A stretch of 38,866 nt of DNA from contig CASEEY010000001.1 of NCBI GenBank assembly GCA_949287055.1, forward strand, positions 1-38,866, given 5' to 3'. The notes under the pieces are model-generated. The model saw nothing but the letters and a program-made list of their open reading frames with translations. It did no database searches and was not told where the DNA came from. Made by a program: the position numbers and the translations under genes. Below, piece after piece: positions 19,017-27,829 of this stretch. This DNA comes from an uncultured Collinsella sp. Its GTDB lineage: Bacteria; Actinomycetota; Coriobacteriia; Coriobacteriales; Coriobacteriaceae. How positions within the stretch are numbered: position 1 is the stretch's first letter; each line of letters starts with the position of its first letter.

Positions 19017-19166
19017 GCTTTCCCCTTTGCATGACGACGCCGGTGCGAACATGCTACGTCGTAAAACCGAGGGGGCTGACGGGGCGCGAAATCTCTACCT
19101 CACTGTCCGACAAAAACCCAACCGACCAGTCGGGACATGGGTGGGTTTAGGAAAGAGCGGGTTGGC

Positions 19167-19172
19167 TATAAT
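19167..19172 (+). promoter_or_regulatory. Consensus -10 TATAAT for the small membrane protein gene
   Basis: TGGC-TATAAT, 25 nt before ATG 19198. Confidence 0.6.
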
Positions 19173-19197
19173 GGGCAGAGCACCAAGAGAGGAACGC

Positions 19198-19503
19198 ATG
19201 GACATCGAAGCGAACGGACACGTCACATACCCGCCGGCAAACAGCCTGAGAAAACCGATCGAAAGCGCAAGCGCCTCCACGCGCGACCAAGCAAACGACT
19301 CGCGTTTCGCCTATACGCTGCTCGCTGTCGTATTCGGTGTTCTCGCGTTGGTCGGCATCGCCTTGGGCCTGCTGCTCTATTCGGTCGCCGTGCGGACAAG
19401 CCAAACCTCGGGCATCATGCGCGAGGATACCGCCCTCATGCGACCATACGGGGGCTTCGCCGAACTGACCGACGCGAGCGAAAGCCGCATCCCGACCCGA
19501 TAA
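19198..19503 (+). CDS. Hypothetical single-pass membrane protein (101 aa)
   Basis: GAGAGG RBS and TATAAT upstream; hydrophobic helix FAYTLLAVVFGVLALVGIALGLLLYSVAV; fills the gap between two minus-strand genes. Confidence 0.65.
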   Translation: MDIEANGHVTYPPANSLRKPIESASASTRDQANDSRFAYTLLAVVFGVLALVGIALGLLLYSVAVRTSQTSGIMREDTALMRPYGGFAELTDASESRIPTR

Positions 19504-19527
19504 CCGAATGCCCAGCGCGGATACGCG

Positions 19528-20823
19528 CTATTTTGCGCCCTCTATGACCTCGTCGAGGGTCACCGAGACGTCATGCGGCGTAGGCACCCAGTCGACCTTC
19601 AGGAACAGCGCGGCGACCGTGATCGGGATGTAGGTGAACATGAACAGCGGGAACGTGAAGAGGTTGGTGAAGATGCGCAGCTTGCTCGGACAGTGAATGT
19701 GCCGATACTCGAAGACCGTCGTCAGCAACCCAAGCACGAAAAACGTCCCATACATAGACAGCAGCGTCATGATGAGCGACCCGAAGCACATGGACAGCTC
19801 GGCGTCGGTCGCCAAAAAGCCGTGGCTCAAGGACCCGACGATCATGAAGGTCAGGTTCACCAGCACCGAGATGAGCGTGAGCAGCATGCCCGGCGCAATG
19901 GTCATGAGCAGATCGTAGGCGGCAAAACGGCGGAAAAACGCGATGGATTTGAGCAGATGCGCGCCATAGGTGAAAAAGACCTGGTAGAAGCCCTTCGTCC
20001 AGCGCATGCGCTGCTTCCAGGACGCCGCGAGGGTCAACGGCTGCTCATCGAAGAACTCGGCGGGCGCGTATCCGATGCGCACCCCGTGAATCGCGCAGAA
20101 GGTGGAGAACTGAATGTCCTCGGTCAGGGTATGGAAATCCCAGCCATGCATGCCCTCGATGATCTTCGCCGAGACCAGATACCCCGAGCCCGAGACCGCG
20201 CATGACGTGCCGCAGATCATGCGCGCGTTGTTCAGGAAGCGCGCCTCCCGCAAAAACCACGTGGCGTATGCCGCCGAGATCCACGAGCTTCCGTAGTTCT
20301 TGGAGTTGCGATAGCTCGTCACCGCAAGATACCCCATATCGAAGGCGTCGTTCATGATGGTGACGTAGTCGCGCGACAGCAGGTTGTCGGCATCGAAGAT
20401 GAAGAAGGCCTCGTATGTTCCGGGATACTCGTTGAGGATGCGGTCGAAGCCGTAGTCCATCACCCAGCTTTTTCCCTTGCGCGCCAGATCGTTGCGCTCG
20501 TACACGATGGCGCCGGCCTCGCGTGCAACGCGCGCCGTGTCGTCGGTGCACGCGTCGGCGACGACGAAGATGTCGATCAGCTCCGCCGGATAATCCTGAT
20601 CCTGGATGGAATGGACGAGATTGGCGATGACCGCCTCCTCGTTATGGGCCGCGATGAAAAACGCATACCGATGCTGTCGCTTGGCGCGCGGCAGCTTCAC
20701 CTCGCCGCGGATCGCGCCCAAAAGGAAAAAGACGACCTGATACAAAAAGCAGACGCCAAACAGACCGCTGACGATGAAATTAAAAGCCACAATCGGCGTG
20801 ATGTGCGAAAAATCAAACAGCAT
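19528..20823 (-). CDS. GT2 family membrane processive-type glycosyltransferase
   Basis: Start ATG 20823 with AGGAG RBS; AAHNEE, VADACTD, FDADN, TED and QRMRW (D,D,D,QxxRW signature); TM helices at both ends. Confidence 0.92.
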   Translation of the reverse strand: MLFDFSHITPIVAFNFIVSGLFGVCFLYQVVFFLLGAIRGEVKLPRAKRQHRYAFFIAAHNEEAVIANLVHSIQDQDYPAELIDIFVVADACTDDTARVAREAGAIVYERNDLARKGKSWVMDYGFDRILNEYPGTYEAFFIFDADNLLSRDYVTIMNDAFDMGYLAVTSYRNSKNYGSSWISAAYATWFLREARFLNNARMICGTSCAVSGSGYLVSAKIIEGMHGWDFHTLTEDIQFSTFCAIHGVRIGYAPAEFFDEQPLTLAASWKQRMRWTKGFYQVFFTYGAHLLKSIAFFRRFAAYDLLMTIAPGMLLTLISVLVNLTFMIVGSLSHGFLATDAELSMCFGSLIMTLLSMYGTFFVLGLLTTVFEYRHIHCPSKLRIFTNLFTFPLFMFTYIPITVAALFLKVDWVPTPHDVSVTLDEVIEGAK

Positions 20824-20926
20824 GCCGGCTCCTATCGATACCACACGTTGTGCCAGTGTAGCGCAGGGATGTCAACCGGTGGTGAAGCTTATGTGTCACG
20901 AAAGGTGCCGCACAGCGAGAAAAGCA

Positions 20927-20965
20927 TCGGTGCCGATAAAACGCACGCGCCGTATCGGCATCCGA
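20927..20965 (-). terminator. Probable terminator after the rluD-like gene
   Basis: TGCCGATA...TATCGGCA stem extended by TCGG/CCGA, followed by TGCTTTTC on the minus strand. Confidence 0.5.
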
Positions 20966-20977
20966 CATCGAATGCAG

Positions 20978-21988
20978 CTACTCCTCAAGCAGGTAGGGAA
21001 CGATACGCTCCCCTTCCTCGGTGCGGCCCATCGAACGGTCGGCGATCTCGTCGTAGGCGGCTGCAAGATCCCACGGCAAAACGTCGCGTCGCTCGATCGA
21101 CACGCCGGTGATGGGATGGTCGAAACGCACGCGCCACGAATGAAGGAACTGGCGGTCAAGACCGAGGTTGGCGCGCTCCGAACCGGTGCCGTAAAGCGGA
21201 TCGCCCACGAGCGCATGATGGATGTGGCGCATGTGCACGCGAATCTGATGGGTACGCCCGGTATACAGATGGCATTCGACGAGCGTGTACCCCTCGTCGC
21301 CCCGATAGGCCTCGAAGCGCTCGAGCACCTTGAAGGTGGTGATGGCCTGCCGTGCGAAGGGGTCGTCGGAGACGGCCATCTTGACGCGATCTTTCGTGGA
21401 CCGCGCGATACCGGTGTTGATGGTCCCCGAATCCATGGCGATGTATCCATGGCACAAGGCGATATAGCGTCGATCGAGCGTACGGAGTCTGATGAGGTCC
21501 TGCAGCGCACGCTGCGTGTCGTCATCCTTTGCGGCGAGCATGAGCCCGGACGTGTCGCGATCGAGGCGATGCACGATGCCGGGCCGGTCCTCGCCCTGTA
21601 ACGTCCCGAGATGGTCGGCGCCGCAATGGTAGACCAGCGCGTTGGCGAGCGTTCCCGACTCGTGCCCATGCGCCGGGTGGCACACAAGGCCGCGCTGCTT
21701 CGAGAGCACGATAAGATAATCGTCCTCGTAGCGGATATCGAGCGGAATGGCCTGGGGCTCCAAGGCACCGGGCTCGCGCACCTCGGGAAGCTCGACCTCG
21801 ATGCGGTCGCCGTCGCAGACGACGTACTTCTTGGACGTGCAGACATCGCCGTTGACATCCACCGCCCCGCCCTCGATCAGGCGCGCACAGGCAGAGCGGG
21901 AAGGACAGGAAGCCTGGGCGCCCAGGTAGGCGTCAAGGCGCGAACCGACGAACTCGGACGTGACAAGCAGGTAGACGTCAGCGCTCAT
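20978..21988 (-). CDS. RluA family pseudouridine synthase (RluD-like, with S4 domain)
   Basis: Start ATG 21988; RLDAYL, YEDD, RPGIVHRLDRDTSG, TGRTHQIRVHM, GDPLYG, QFLH; lspA-rluD synteny. Confidence 0.95.
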   Translation of the reverse strand: MSADVYLLVTSEFVGSRLDAYLGAQASCPSRSACARLIEGGAVDVNGDVCTSKKYVVCDGDRIEVELPEVREPGALEPQAIPLDIRYEDDYLIVLSKQRGLVCHPAHGHESGTLANALVYHCGADHLGTLQGEDRPGIVHRLDRDTSGLMLAAKDDDTQRALQDLIRLRTLDRRYIALCHGYIAMDSGTINTGIARSTKDRVKMAVSDDPFARQAITTFKVLERFEAYRGDEGYTLVECHLYTGRTHQIRVHMRHIHHALVGDPLYGTGSERANLGLDRQFLHSWRVRFDHPITGVSIERRDVLPWDLAAAYDEIADRSMGRTEEGERIVPYLLEE

Positions 21989-22520
21989 GTCCCGCTCCTC
22001 CCCTGTCGGTATCCGCCGCGAGCTCGCGGTTCGCCGGCGAGACGACGAAGCCGATAAACGCGATAGCCACGCCGCAGGTGATTCCGATGTCAGCGATATT
22101 GAAGACGGGGAAATCGATGAACTCCGTCGCGATGAAATCCGTGACGAAGCCCAGCGCGACGCGATCGATGGCGTTGCCGATGGCGCCGCCGGCGACCATG
22201 CCGAGCCCGATGACCTCAAGCCGGGACACGAGCGGGGCGCGCATGAGGTAGGCGACGCTGCCGCAGACGACGGCGACGGCAAACAGCGCGAACAGCGGCG
22301 ACAGACCCTCGCCGATGCTGAACGAGGCACCGATGTTCTCGACATAGCGCAGACCTACAACGCCCGGTACAAGATCGGCGTCCGTGAACCCGTGCGCCAC
22401 GGCGTCGCGAACAGCAAGCTTGGTCAGCTGGTCAGCGAGCAGGAATATAGCGGCAAGGACGCCTGCGACCGCGAGGCGCCAGCGAAGCGAGGGCACGCGG
22501 CCCCGGTTTCCACCCGTCAT
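21978..22520 (-). CDS. lspA: Lipoprotein signal peptidase II
   Basis: Start ATG 22520 with GGGAGG RBS; DQLTK, NIGASFS, GAIGNAIDR, VTDFI, PVFNIAD. Confidence 0.95.
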   Translation of the reverse strand: MTGGNRGRVPSLRWRLAVAGVLAAIFLLADQLTKLAVRDAVAHGFTDADLVPGVVGLRYVENIGASFSIGEGLSPLFALFAVAVVCGSVAYLMRAPLVSRLEVIGLGMVAGGAIGNAIDRVALGFVTDFIATEFIDFPVFNIADIGITCGVAIAFIGFVVSPANRELAADTDRGGAGHER

Positions 22521-22545
22521 GTTCCTCCCCATCGGCATTCCCATA

Positions 22546-22583
22546 CGAAACAGTCCCGCCAAGGCGCTCGGTCTCGGCGGGAC
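22546..22583 (-). terminator. Hairpin between ileS and lspA (probable weak terminator)
   Basis: GTCCCGCCGAG...CTTGGCGGGAC followed by TGTTTC on the minus strand. Confidence 0.55.
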
Positions 22584-22632
22584 GGTTGCTTAAGTTCCTT
22601 CGACGCGCCCGGCGCGTCGAAACCGCACGGCG

Positions 22633-25437
22633 CTACGCTCCGATGGCCTCGGCGCAACGATCGCAGATGTGCGCATGCTCGCCGTGGGCACCGGTGGTGG
22701 TGCGGAAGTTCCAGCAGCGGTCGCAGCACTCGCCGCGCGCCTCCTCGACCGTGGCGGTAAACTCGTCGCCGCAGGCGAGCTCAAGCTCGGAGACGATGAA
22801 GAACTCGGCCAGATCGCAGGCCTTGTCGCCGGTGAGCAGCGCGTAGGCCTCGGCGGGTGCCGTGGCGACGATGCGCGTGGCCTGGCTCTTGGTGAACGTA
22901 CCGGCGGCGCGAGCCTCCTCAAGGGCCTTCGTCACGGCACCGCGCAGCTCGAGAGCCGCCTCGAGCACAGGCTTGTACTCGTTGGCCTCCTCGAGGGTGA
23001 TCGGGGCGTGATACCAGTCGAGCAGAGCCGCATAGCGCTGGTTGTCGCGGCAGCCGGCGGGCGCAAACTCCATGACCTCGTCACAGGTGTAGGCCAAGAT
23101 GGGCTGCAGATCGCGCAGAAGCATCGAAAGCAGCTCAGCCAGCACCGTCTGGGCGCTGCGACGTGCCAGCGAACCGACCTTCTCGCAATACAGACGATCC
23201 TTCAGGGCATCGAGGTACACGTTGGAGAGCTCCGTGACGACGAAGTCGTACAGCGTGCGGTAGACGCGATTGAACTCGTAGGCGGCAAAGGCGTCGTCGA
23301 CCTCGGCCTGAACCTGCGTCAAGCGCGCAAGCATGAGCTTGTCGAGCGGCAGCAGGTCGGCGAAGGCAACGCCCTCGGTCGCCGGGTCGAACTGGTCCTC
23401 GAGCTCGCCGAGCAGGAACCGGAAGGTGTTGCGGAAGCGACGGTACGCATCCGAGGTGCGAGCAAGGATCTCGTGGTCGATGGCGACGTCCGTGGAGGTG
23501 TCCACGCTTGCGACCCACAGGCGGATGATGTCGGCGCCCATCTCGTCGCAGACCTTGTTGGGGTCGATGACGTTGCCGAGCGACTTGGACATCTTGCGCC
23601 CCTGGCCGTCCAACGTGAAGCCCTGGGACACGACCGCCTTGTACGGCGCGATACCGTTGGCGCCCACGCTCGTGAGCAGCGAGCTCTGGAACCAACCGCG
23701 GTGCTGGTCGGAACCCTCGAGGTACACGTCAGCGGGATACTCGAGCTCGTCGCGACCCTGGCACACCGCGCGCCAGGACACACCGGAGTCCCACCACACG
23801 TCGAGGATGTCGCGGTCGGCCTTGAGGTGATGGCCGCCGCACTTGGGGCATACGCAGGCGTCGCCCAGGTAGCTCTCGGGCGCATCCGTGAACCAGGCGT
23901 CGGAGCCCTTCTCGTGGAACAGCTTGATCACGGCGTCGAGCGTGTCGTCGTTCATGATCTTCTCGCCGCAGTCGGCGCAGGTGTAGCTCGGGATGGGCAC
24001 GCCCCAGTTGCGCTGGCGCGAGATGCACCAGTCGGGACGCTGCTCGACCATGGCGCCGATGCGGTTGGCGGCGTGCGCCGGGTACCACGTCACATGGTTC
24101 TGGATCGCATCGCTCGCCTGCTCGCGCAGACCAGTCTTGTCCATGGAGACGAACCACTGGTCGGTCGCGCGGAACAGCACGGGGTTCTTGCAGCGCCAGC
24201 AGTGCGGGTAGCTGTGCGTGATCTTGACGGACGCAACCAGCGTGCCGCGCTCGCGCAGAAACTCGATGATGTGGGGGTTGGCCTCATCGGTATCCATGCC
24301 GGAGAACGGGCCGCCCGTGCCGAAGCTGTCGCCGACGTAGAACTTGCCGTCGTCGTCGACGGGCATGCAGATGTCCATGCCCTCCTTCATGCAGACATAG
24401 TAGTCGTCGACGCCGTGACCCGGCGAGTTGTGGACGATGCCGGTACCGTCCTCGGTGCCCACGTAGTCGGCGAGCAGCGCCACGCCCTCGACGTCGTCGA
24501 AGATGGGCTGGCGGTAGTGCAGATGGTCGAAGGTCTCGGCGGGCACCTCGTAGGGCTTGCCGTCGACCACAACCGGCGTGCACTCCCAGCCGGCGACATC
24601 GCAGACCTTAGCAGCAAGATCCTTCAGCATGATCTCGGCGCGGCCGTCGTGCTCGATGGCGGTGTAGATGGCGCCGGGCTTGAGCGATACCGCCTGGTCG
24701 GAGGGGATGGTCCACGGGGTCGTCGTCCAGATGATGAAGTCGACCGGGCCGGCGAAGGACTCCAGGCCGGCGGGCTTGGACGTCAGCTCGAAGCGCACGT
24801 AGATGGAGGGCGAGGTCTCGTCGGAGTACTCGATCTCGGCCTCGGCGAGCGCGGTGTGGCAATGCTTGCACCAGTGCACCGGCTTATGGCCGCGATAGAT
24901 CATGCCGCGGTCGAACATGGCCTTGAAGACCTCGATGTCGGCGGCATCGTGCTGATGGTACAGGGTGAGATAAGGATTGTCCCAATCGCCCAGCACGCCC
25001 AGGCGCTTGAAGCCCTCGCGCTGCAGGTCGATGTTCTCGACGGCGAACTTGCGGCACAGCTCGCGAATCTCGGCCACCGGCGTCGCGTTGAACTTCTCGG
25101 TACCGAGCATCTCCTCGACCTTGTGCTCGATCGGCTGGCCATGGCAGTCCCAGCCGGGAACATACGGCGTCTGGTAGCCCTGCATGGCCTGATAGCGCTC
25201 GATGATGTCCTTGGAGATCTTATTCATGGCATGGCCGATGTGGATGGGGCCGTTGGCATACGGAGGACCGTCATGCAGGATGAACTTGTCGTGCCCCTCG
25301 TTCTTCTTGAGCATCTGCTCGTAGACCTTATCCTGCTGCCAGCGGCGCAGGCGCTCGGGCTCGCGCTGCGCCAGCGCGGCCCTCATGGGGAACTTGGTTT
25401 TGGGCAGATTCATGCTGCCCTTGTACTCGTTTGCCAC
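22633..25437 (-). CDS. ileS: Isoleucine--tRNA ligase (type 1, C-terminal zinc finger)
   Basis: GTG 25437 with GAAAGGGG RBS; LHDGPPYANG, HIGH, WTTTPWT, DWCISRQR, EGSDQHRGWF, KMSKS, CDRCW...CDRC. Confidence 0.99.
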   Translation of the reverse strand: MANEYKGSMNLPKTKFPMRAALAQREPERLRRWQQDKVYEQMLKKNEGHDKFILHDGPPYANGPIHIGHAMNKISKDIIERYQAMQGYQTPYVPGWDCHGQPIEHKVEEMLGTEKFNATPVAEIRELCRKFAVENIDLQREGFKRLGVLGDWDNPYLTLYHQHDAADIEVFKAMFDRGMIYRGHKPVHWCKHCHTALAEAEIEYSDETSPSIYVRFELTSKPAGLESFAGPVDFIIWTTTPWTIPSDQAVSLKPGAIYTAIEHDGRAEIMLKDLAAKVCDVAGWECTPVVVDGKPYEVPAETFDHLHYRQPIFDDVEGVALLADYVGTEDGTGIVHNSPGHGVDDYYVCMKEGMDICMPVDDDGKFYVGDSFGTGGPFSGMDTDEANPHIIEFLRERGTLVASVKITHSYPHCWRCKNPVLFRATDQWFVSMDKTGLREQASDAIQNHVTWYPAHAANRIGAMVEQRPDWCISRQRNWGVPIPSYTCADCGEKIMNDDTLDAVIKLFHEKGSDAWFTDAPESYLGDACVCPKCGGHHLKADRDILDVWWDSGVSWRAVCQGRDELEYPADVYLEGSDQHRGWFQSSLLTSVGANGIAPYKAVVSQGFTLDGQGRKMSKSLGNVIDPNKVCDEMGADIIRLWVASVDTSTDVAIDHEILARTSDAYRRFRNTFRFLLGELEDQFDPATEGVAFADLLPLDKLMLARLTQVQAEVDDAFAAYEFNRVYRTLYDFVVTELSNVYLDALKDRLYCEKVGSLARRSAQTVLAELLSMLLRDLQPILAYTCDEVMEFAPAGCRDNQRYAALLDWYHAPITLEEANEYKPVLEAALELRGAVTKALEEARAAGTFTKSQATRIVATAPAEAYALLTGDKACDLAEFFIVSELELACGDEFTATVEEARGECCDRCWNFRTTTGAHGEHAHICDRCAEAIGA

Positions 25438-25474
25438 GAATACCCCTTTCGCTCTACTGGGCGCTTGTCGCATG

Positions 25475-25511
25475 AAAAAAGCGCCCGTCCCTTCAAGCTG
25501 GGACGAAGCGC
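25475..25511 (-). terminator. T-box attenuator terminator
   Basis: GCGCTTCGTCCC-loop-GGGACGGGCGC followed by TTTTTT; overlaps the 3' side of the antiterminator. Confidence 0.9.
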
Positions 25512-25757
25512 CTTGAATGCACGGACCTAGGTCCGCGCGAGCTCCTCGCTATACCACCCAGCTTAGGCACGCATGGTGCCCGTACTCGGCCGACCACATG
25601 ACGGCGGTCGTCCCGGCGACGTCTACTGAAAAGGATCGCTCCTTTCGTTCGGGCCGCAGCTCCAGGGTGATATTCGCTCGGTCGCGCGCGCGGACTTCGC
25701 AGCTACCGTCCGCTCTCTTGTGCGCGCGGGGGCCGGCTACTCCTCCCCTTCACAGCC
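25475..25757 (-). ncRNA. T-box riboswitch (Ile, AUC specifier) with intrinsic terminator
   Basis: Minus strand: GCTGTGA..GAGTA 5' motif, AGAGAGC, GCTGCGA loop, specifier GAAT-ATC-ACC (25669-25671), stem II AGTA, CCGTCA, T-box AAGCTGGGTGGTATAGCG (25547-25564), complementary CGTCCCAGCTT; TACAAT -10 at 25767-25772. Confidence 0.92.
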
Positions 25758-25851
25758 ATGGCAGGAATTGTAGCACGTCGACCGTGCGCGAACACGCATA
25801 TCGCACATCACGAGGTCTTCACATGAACTGCGATAGCGCTGATGCAGGTTG

Positions 25852-26652
25852 CTACAGCTCTATGACGTCCAGATCGTCGGGCACGATGAGGTTGCCATGG
25901 AAATAGGCCGAGCCCTCTGCGGTGTAGAGCTCGCGCCGACGCGCGATGCTCTTGTCCTCGGTGTGATAGAGCACAAGGTTCTTGACGCCAAGTCGCTCGG
26001 CAAGCTCGCAAGCGTCCTTGACGGTGGAGTGGTGCTTCTCATAGGGTCGGAACACGTCGGCCTGCGCATGGAGGCAAAACGCCTCATGCAAAAGCCAGGT
26101 GGCGCCGGCGGCGTAGGGCTCCTCGCGATCGTTGTACGGCTCGTCGCCGCAGCAGCACAGGCTGCGGTCGTCTCCCAAATCCATATGGAAGCCGAACTGC
26201 TTGGCCTTCGTCGAGGCGATGTCGAAGAACGTCACGGCATGGCCGATAAGCTCACGCGTCTCGCCGTCACCCACGACGACGAGATGAAGCCTGTCGTCGA
26301 TATACGCCGCATCCTTAGATGCCAGCAGCGTGGAGGCCATATCGCGCAGGATGGCGATGACCTCGTCGTGTCCATAGATCGTCGCCTCGCCGTCGTAGGT
26401 CCCGCGGCGCATGTTCTGGCAGATCATGCGCATGAGCCATACGATACCGAGCAGGTGGTCGATATGCTTGTGCGTGACGAAGACCTCGCGCAGGTCCTTC
26501 CAATCGATTCCGGCGCGCTTGAGCTGCGCGAGCAGCGTGTTGCCACCGCCTCCGTCAACCAGCAGGTGGCGATCGTCATCGGAGATGACGAAACACGTGT
26601 TATAGCATTCGGTCACCGGTGCGTTTCCGGTGCCCAACATGGTGAGCTTCAT
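25852..26652 (-). CDS. MBL-fold metallo-hydrolase (RNase Z-like)
   Basis: Start ATG 26652 with GAAGGAG RBS; MLGTG, LLVDGG, THKHIDH, GDEP, HEA, HHST, YH. Confidence 0.88.
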   Translation of the reverse strand: MKLTMLGTGNAPVTECYNTCFVISDDDRHLLVDGGGGNTLLAQLKRAGIDWKDLREVFVTHKHIDHLLGIVWLMRMICQNMRRGTYDGEATIYGHDEVIAILRDMASTLLASKDAAYIDDRLHLVVVGDGETRELIGHAVTFFDIASTKAKQFGFHMDLGDDRSLCCCGDEPYNDREEPYAAGATWLLHEAFCLHAQADVFRPYEKHHSTVKDACELAERLGVKNLVLYHTEDKSIARRRELYTAEGSAYFHGNLIVPDDLDVIEL

Positions 26653-26758
26653 ATACACTCCTTCAAGAGCATCGCAGGCGATCGAGACCGGGCATATTGT
26701 GACGCAAATGCGGCAGGGCCCGCCTGCGCACGATAACACACCATGAAAGGAGCAACCG

Positions 26759-27739
26759 ATGCGCGTTGGATATCTCGGGGCGGGCAACATCTCAAGCCAG
26801 ATGGCCGCAACGATCATGCGGATGGAAGAGGCGGAGAACTTCGCCGTCGCAGCGCGCGAATACGACCGCGCCCAAGCTTTTGCCGAGCGCTGGGGCTTTA
26901 CGCGGGCATACGGCTCCTATAAAGAACTCCTTGCCGATCCAGATGTGGACCTCGTCTACATAGCGCTCCCCCATTCCCATCACTACGAATGGACGCTCAA
27001 GGCGATCGAGGCAGGCCATCACGTCCTGTGCGAGAAGGCCTTTGCCGCCAATGAACACCAGGCACGCGAGATGATCGCGGCAGCCCGCAAACGGGGCGTC
27101 CTGCTCGCCGAGGCCATCTGGACCCGGTACATGCCCTCGCGAACCATCATCGACAACCTGCTTGCCGAGGGGGCGATCGGCGACGTCGTTACCGTCGATG
27201 CCAACCTTGGCTATAAAGTCGATATGAACCGACGCATGACCGATCCGGCGCTGGCCGGCGGGGCCCTGCTGGACCTTACGGTGTACCCTCTGAACTTCGC
27301 GAGCATGGTGCTCGGCGATGACATCGAGCGCATCGATGCGCACATGGTCCCCATCGCGACGGGAGTAGATGGCCAGGATTCGGTCACCATCACCTATCCC
27401 GGCGGACGCATGGCGACCATGTTCACGACCATGCACACCATGACCGACCGGCGCGGCCTCATCTGCGGTACGAAAGGCTTCATCAGCGTCGAGAACATCA
27501 ACAACCCGCAGCGTATCGACGTCTACGACGCCGACGGCCTCACCTGCTCGCTCCGGGAATCCATCGAGGTTCCGGCGCAGATCACCGGTTATGAATACGA
27601 GATTCTTTCCTGCAAGCGCGCCATCGAGGAGGGCCGCATCGAATGCCCCGAGATGCCCCATGACGAGACGCTCGCAATCATGCGGCTGCTCGATCGGATT
27701 CGCGCTCAGTTCGGCATCGTGTTTCCTTTCGAGCGGTAG
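26759..27739 (+). CDS. Gfo/Idh/MocA family oxidoreductase
   Basis: GAGNIS Rossmann motif, YIALPHSHH, HVLCEKAF, EAIWTRY, GGALLDL; GAAAGGAG RBS. Confidence 0.93.
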   Translation: MRVGYLGAGNISSQMAATIMRMEEAENFAVAAREYDRAQAFAERWGFTRAYGSYKELLADPDVDLVYIALPHSHHYEWTLKAIEAGHHVLCEKAFAANEHQAREMIAAARKRGVLLAEAIWTRYMPSRTIIDNLLAEGAIGDVVTVDANLGYKVDMNRRMTDPALAGGALLDLTVYPLNFASMVLGDDIERIDAHMVPIATGVDGQDSVTITYPGGRMATMFTTMHTMTDRRGLICGTKGFISVENINNPQRIDVYDADGLTCSLRESIEVPAQITGYEYEILSCKRAIEEGRIECPEMPHDETLAIMRLLDRIRAQFGIVFPFER

Positions 27740-27784
27740 CGCCGACGTTTCTAAGAGCTCCCTTTGAGAGCGCGATTGCGCGCG

Positions 27785-27790
27785 TATAAT
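27785..27790 (+). promoter_or_regulatory. Consensus -10 TATAAT upstream of the dehydrogenase gene
   Basis: TATAAT about 40 nt before ATG 27830, with TTTGAG upstream. Confidence 0.55.
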
Positions 27791-27829
27791 CGACAAGACG
27801 GACACCATACGTGGAAAGAAGGCCAACAG

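Noticed and set aside
19198-19503. Small TM protein as a Flp/type IV pilin
   Set aside because: No Gly at -1, no Glu at +5 and no Flp ExxxY-type motif before or within the hydrophobic helix.
20855-20875. TTGACA and TACACT upstream of the GT2 gene as a consensus promoter pair
   Set aside because: Only 9 nt apart, too close to act together; the -10 alone may be real.
20978-22345. N-terminally extended ORF calls (rluD-like, also xseB, mltG, ruvX, sigma, MATE, trmH, ftsH)
   Set aside because: The extensions overlap upstream genes or promoters. Shorter starts are favoured by RBS, coupling or the point where family-like sequence begins.
22669-25530. 953-aa plus-strand ORF
   Set aside because: Antisense shadow of ileS; no domain signal.
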